Positions 16,398-20,000 of a stretch of 20,000 bases of DNA are shown in pieces; the first letter of the stretch is position 1; each line of letters opens with the position of its first letter. The position numbers and the translations under genes are program-made. Below the pieces are notes generated by a model. That model had not been told where the DNA came from. It did no database searches and worked only from the letters and a program-made list of their open reading frames with translations. The stretch is from Bacteriovoracaceae bacterium (lineage in GTDB: Bacteria; Bdellovibrionota; Bacteriovoracia; Bacteriovoracales; Bacteriovoracaceae). Location of the stretch: positions 46,108-66,107 of the forward strand of contig JABIHA010000056.1 of assembly GCA_018649885.1 (NCBI GenBank), in the 5' to 3' direction.

Positions 16398-16701
16398 GTT
16401 CTCTAATTCTAATTTTTCTTTAAGCTCACAAGTTTCAAAAAAAATTATTTAATTGGGACAGGTATTTTTGGCATATGGATTCAATAAATTGTATTCACCC
16501 TTTCGAAAACTTCCTTGAAAACTCAGTAGCTTACACTTTCAGTCCATTTTAGCCTCAGAGCTCCGCTTTTATTCTTTATAATTAAGCAAAATATAAGTAT
16601 CGGACTACTAAGGTAGACTAAAAAAGTTGACGATAGGTTAAGCTCTGGAGGAATAGAAAATTAAAGCAATTTGGCTCGATATATTCAAGAATTATCTCAA
16701 G

Positions 16702-19700
16702 ATGCTCAGAGTGTTTTTTCTATTTTTTGTTTTCGGTTCTTTTTTAGGTTATTCCACGAGCTATGCCAGTGAAGCATGTCGAAATCCCATTAAATGGAAA
16801 CCAGCCTTTCATGCCTCAACAGGTTGGCTGATGGATAAACTTATTCGTCACGTGCGAGGAGATGAAGGTGGGGGACTAAAGGAATTTAATCCCGCTTGTA
16901 GATATGTCTTGGCGAAAATGGCCACTGCTGAAGTGGAAAGACAGCTAAGAGTGCAAAAAGTTAATCGAAAATATCCACCAGATGAATACTTTGACACTGA
17001 AATGACTTGCCAGCAAAGAAGAGAAACTGAGGGAACAGTAAAAACCTTATGGATTAAACATAAGGCAAAGCTTACTTTGAAAGAAGCCTGTCCCCATGAG
17101 TGGAAGTTAGACGAACAATATCGACAATTAAAAGATGCTGCCTTGGTGGCAATGAAAGATGCAACTGAAGGTGATTCATCACTCGCTAATAAAAGTATAA
17201 AAGCGAAGGGATGCAAGCTAATAGATGACCAATATGAGATATATCCATTGTATGATTGCCGACTTGATTGTGCTTCATCTGACTGGTGTACCGAAACAAG
17301 AGGGGCGGTTACAGTCAATCCAGATGGCTCAGAGACAGGAGTCGATGAAAGAGTGGCTGAGATTGTGGTTGAACAAACAACTAGTGTTGAGGAAGGCGAT
17401 TTAACAGCGGCAGTAACCGCTTGTAATAAAAAAGGGCCAGAAATCGTGGCCATGGGAACATTCGACTTTTGTAGTGGTGAAACATTAGAAATTATGGCCG
17501 ACCATTACGGATGTACTGACCCCAATCAAAGCAACTCTGTTATTGGGCAAATGGGTTACTTCAATGGAAGTGACTTGGATGCAGAAACCAAAGAAATGTA
17601 TCATTATGTAAAAAAATTCATGCTAGACAAGGCTTGGAAAAATACACCTCTTCAGATTAGATCTATAGTTCTTAATAATAGAAAGTGCAATGGCATAATA
17701 GGAGATGACCCACTATTGAACTCTTCTCGAGTTCCTGACCCCTACGAAATGTCTCTGGAAGATTTTGAACATGAAATAGAGTTTATTCCCTACCTGGAGG
17801 AAATTTGCACCAGCTCTCCCAAAGAGCCCTTCCCTTTTTCTGAACCGGGAAGAAAAGAATTCTTTAAATATTTAAGAGCGCAAGATCCTCACTTAGAGAG
17901 AAAAATGAAAGCAAGAATGTGCTGTCTTTCAATGAACTATCAAAATGCGGAAGATATGCAATTAGCTGCGCAGGGTGCGTTTGTAATGGCCGCAGCCTAT
18001 ATACCAGGAGCTGTTTGCGGTGTTATCTCAAAAAACCCCAAGTGCGAATTAATCACGCGAGCAGTGGGCATTGCAGGTGATTTATATCTGGCCTGGAAGC
18101 CCTACATCGACGAAAAAGCTAGGTATGAACAAATTGCCAGAGGGGTAAGACTGGGTCAAGATCCAGAAGAAGTTTTAGATGCCCACCAGATACTTATTGA
18201 TCAAAAAATAACCATGGGCAAATTTGGTTCGATACTTACCGTAGCATTTAACATTGTCCCCATACTTGGTCCCAAACTCGGCGATATTTTCAGAAGATTT
18301 GGGAGCAAAAATTTTCGTTTACTGGCGAAACTTGACGAAATCATGACTAAAACTCGTGTTTCGCCAATCCAAAAAATGATTGAAATGATTCGCAGCCTTA
18401 AGGGCGATTCTGGTTTTATGGCACAGTTGAGGCTCGACCCAACAGTTCCCAATGGTGCGCTAGATGAGATCCTCGATAAATTTTTGAGAGAGGATGGTAA
18501 GTTGGCCTTCGAGGAGGGTGCAGATGCACTGGTTTCTTCACTAGATCGTCTGGAAGGGAAGGTCGCTCCTGGTGTATTAGATGATATAAAAAAATTCTTT
18601 AAAGGTGAGGGAAGTGATGCTCCTGGTGCTCCAAGAGTTGCAGCTTCTTCTGTGGATGTTCCAGTAGTGGATGGGTTGGCACCCAGCTCTTCAGTGGCCA
18701 GGCCTGCGAGTATAGATATTCCAGACTCCCCAGCTAGCTCGGGGGCCAGTGGCCCCAGGACAACAAGTGTAGACTCGGAACCCTCTAGCAGGACTAGTCG
18801 ATCAAGTGCTTCATCAACTGCCCCAGAAGTCGCTGACGCTAGATCAAAATTACCTGTAAGCAAAAAAACGGGTGATCGTGTTTGGATCGATCCAGACACA
18901 ACGGATGTTGGAAGAATTCAAATAATCGAAGAAGATATTCTGGGAAGAGAGCTTTCTCCTGATCAAAGAAGCGCTATTTTAAGGGCGCATGAAGAACCTG
19001 ATTTAAGGGTCAAAGTTAAAATATTAAAAGAAGAGGCCGGTATAACGGATGTAGGTGAGAGGGCCGCCTTAATTAGGTCAAATGCTACTGGAGATTCCAC
19101 CGTGCCTGGCCAATCTGTAGAAGTGTTTGGAAGTGGTAGGCGATCTGGCGCTGCCTCAGATTCAGAGCTAGTCAGTGTAAGAGAAAAAGCAAGAGCAATT
19201 GAAACGCGCTCACCACCTAGATCTGATGTTGGGCTAGAAATCCAAGACACTTACAAACAGGGTGACCTTATTACCATTACTAACAGCAATGGATCAACTT
19301 CAACAGTCGAATACCTAGGTGTTGGCAATAAAAGTGGCTCAGACGCTGTAATCGTCAGAGAGGCAGGTCAAACCAAGCCTCATTTAGTTCACGCAGATCA
19401 AATGAGTGCAAGAAAAGCAGATACTGCAGAATCATTTATTCATACTAAGGTTGATGAACAACAGTTTGGAACTGTAGCTACCTCACCTGACTCCCCAGCA
19501 CCTGTTAGAGAGAAATATTCAGGTCCAGGGGGAGAAGGTCGACCCATGGTAGGTGATGAGGGATATCAAAAGGCCCAAAGATGGTCAAAACAAGACCTTG
19601 AAGAAGAAATTGCAAGAGGTGGTCCAAGATCTGATATGGCAAGAGATGAGCTGGCCAGAAGAGAAAAAATTCCCGGGTTTGATAATCCCAGTGAAGAGCC

Positions 19701-20000
19701 ACTTTCCGCGGAGGCATTAGCTGGTAGAGAGCAACTAGAAGCAGATGCTCTCGCGAGAAGGCAAGAAGCAGAACGCGTAAGAGTGGGTCAGGAACCTCCG
19801 TCCGCATTGGACCGTCAGACTTTAGAGGAGAGGGTAGCACTTGGAGGAGAAGATGGCAGGCTTGCTCAACAAGAACTTGATAGAATGAGTAGACCAGATG
19901 GACTTGATAACCCAAGTGAGCGACCTCTTTCAGATGAAACTTTGGCAGGTAGAGAACAACTGGATGCTGATGCTCTTGCAAGAAGACAAGAGGCAGAACG
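16702..20000 (+). CDS. Very large secreted modular protein (>1099 aa, 3'-truncated; absent from the ORF track)
   Basis: Manual translation of frame 1 is open from ATG 16702 to the window end. It begins with the signal peptide MLRVFFLFFVFGSFLGYSTSYA-S, has 17 Cys in the first ~450 aa, hydrophobic segments, a Ser/Pro/Ala linker and 75-aa repeats. The long minus-strand ORFs here are its antisense shadows. Confidence 0.88.
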   Translation, partial: MLRVFFLFFVFGSFLGYSTSYASEACRNPIKWKPAFHASTGWLMDKLIRHVRGDEGGGLKEFNPACRYVLAKMATAEVERQLRVQKVNRKYPPDEYFDTEMTCQQRRETEGTVKTLWIKHKAKLTLKEACPHEWKLDEQYRQLKDAALVAMKDATEGDSSLANKSIKAKGCKLIDDQYEIYPLYDCRLDCASSDWCTETRGAVTVNPDGSETGVDERVAEIVVEQTTSVEEGDLTAAVTACNKKGPEIVAMGTFDFCSGETLEIMADHYGCTDPNQSNSVIGQMGYFNGSDLDAETKEMYHYVKKFMLDKAWKNTPLQIRSIVLNNRKCNGIIGDDPLLNSSRVPDPYEMSLEDFEHEIEFIPYLEEICTSSPKEPFPFSEPGRKEFFKYLRAQDPHLERKMKARMCCLSMNYQNAEDMQLAAQGAFVMAAAYIPGAVCGVISKNPKCELITRAVGIAGDLYLAWKPYIDEKARYEQIARGVRLGQDPEEVLDAHQILIDQKITMGKFGSILTVAFNIVPILGPKLGDIFRRFGSKNFRLLAKLDEIMTKTRVSPIQKMIEMIRSLKGDSGFMAQLRLDPTVPNGALDEILDKFLREDGKLAFEEGADALVSSLDRLEGKVAPGVLDDIKKFFKGEGSDAPGAPRVAASSVDVPVVDGLAPSSSVARPASIDIPDSPASSGASGPRTTSVDSEPSSRTSRSSASSTAPEVADARSKLPVSKKTGDRVWIDPDTTDVGRIQIIEEDILGRELSPDQRSAILRAHEEPDLRVKVKILKEEAGITDVGERAALIRSNATGDSTVPGQSVEVFGSGRRSGAASDSELVSVREKARAIETRSPPRSDVGLEIQDTYKQGDLITITNSNGSTSTVEYLGVGNKSGSDAVIVREAGQTKPHLVHADQMSARKADTAESFIHTKVDEQQFGTVATSPDSPAPVREKYSGPGGEGRPMVGDEGYQKAQRWSKQDLEEEIARGGPRSDMARDELARREKIPGFDNPSEEPLSAEALAGREQLEADALARRQEAERVRVGQEPPSALDRQTLEERVALGGEDGRLAQQELDRMSRPDGLDNPSERPLSDETLAGREQLDADALARRQEAE
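19582..20000 (+). repeat. In-frame tandem repeat, 225-nt (75-aa) period, at least ~1.9 copies
   Basis: Copy 1: WSKQDLEEEIARGG...GFDNPSEEPLSAEALAGREQLEADALARRQEAER. Copy 2: LDRQTLEERVALGG...GLDNPSERPLSDETLAGREQLDADALARRQEAE. The DNPS motif starts at 19681 and 19906. Confidence 0.9.

Noticed and set aside
16609..16636. Sigma-28 (FliA)-like TAAG...GACGATAG upstream of the giant gene
   Set aside because: The spacer is 16 rather than 15 nt and both boxes have mismatches; too weak to call.
16398..16646. AT-rich intergenic region after polA as a possible ncRNA or terminator
   Set aside because: No convincing stem, tRNA cloverleaf or known RNA motif could be identified by eye.
16848..19981. Minus-strand ORFs of 201, 232, 95 and 158 aa
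   Set aside because: They lie antisense to one continuous + strand frame with a signal peptide and protein-level repeats, and their sequences look like shadow ORFs.
19582..20000. Possible CRISPR or DGR-type repeat
   Set aside because: The period is in-frame (225 nt), differences are largely synonymous rather than adenine-specific, there are no spacers, and no cas or reverse transcriptase gene is in the window.

Overview
AT-rich bacterial chromosomal segment, most consistent with Bdellovibrionota (Bacteriovorax/Halobacteriovorax-like); this is inferred from gene content, not from a search. The right half holds housekeeping genes: an exbB/tolQ-exbD-exbD (Agl-like) motor cluster, gmhA, trxA, an RDD protein and polA. 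The left edge is a 5'-truncated AgmX/PglI (TonB-C-like) membrane protein. Between them is an ~8.5 kb block of four uncharacterised exported proteins: two lipoproteins and two large tandem signal-peptide proteins (1389 aa and 789 aa). Both large proteins carry the same ordered motifs of an atypical kinase fold (TxPK loop, KxK, Glu helix, DxxxxN, DxG). They look like a divergent paralogous pair of secreted kinases, and the first has an extra ~650 aa beta-rich C-terminal region. This pair is the best candidate for an undescribed system. The window ends inside a >1099 aa secreted modular protein missing from the ORF track (16702 to >20000): Cys-rich N-terminus, hydrophobic segments, Ser/Pro linker and 75-aa tandem repeats, with a possible ATT start. 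Regulatory signals include a sigma-54 promoter with an upstream palindrome, overlapping divergent promoters at trxA/RDD, and several hairpins. No rRNA, tRNA, CRISPR array or mobile element was seen.
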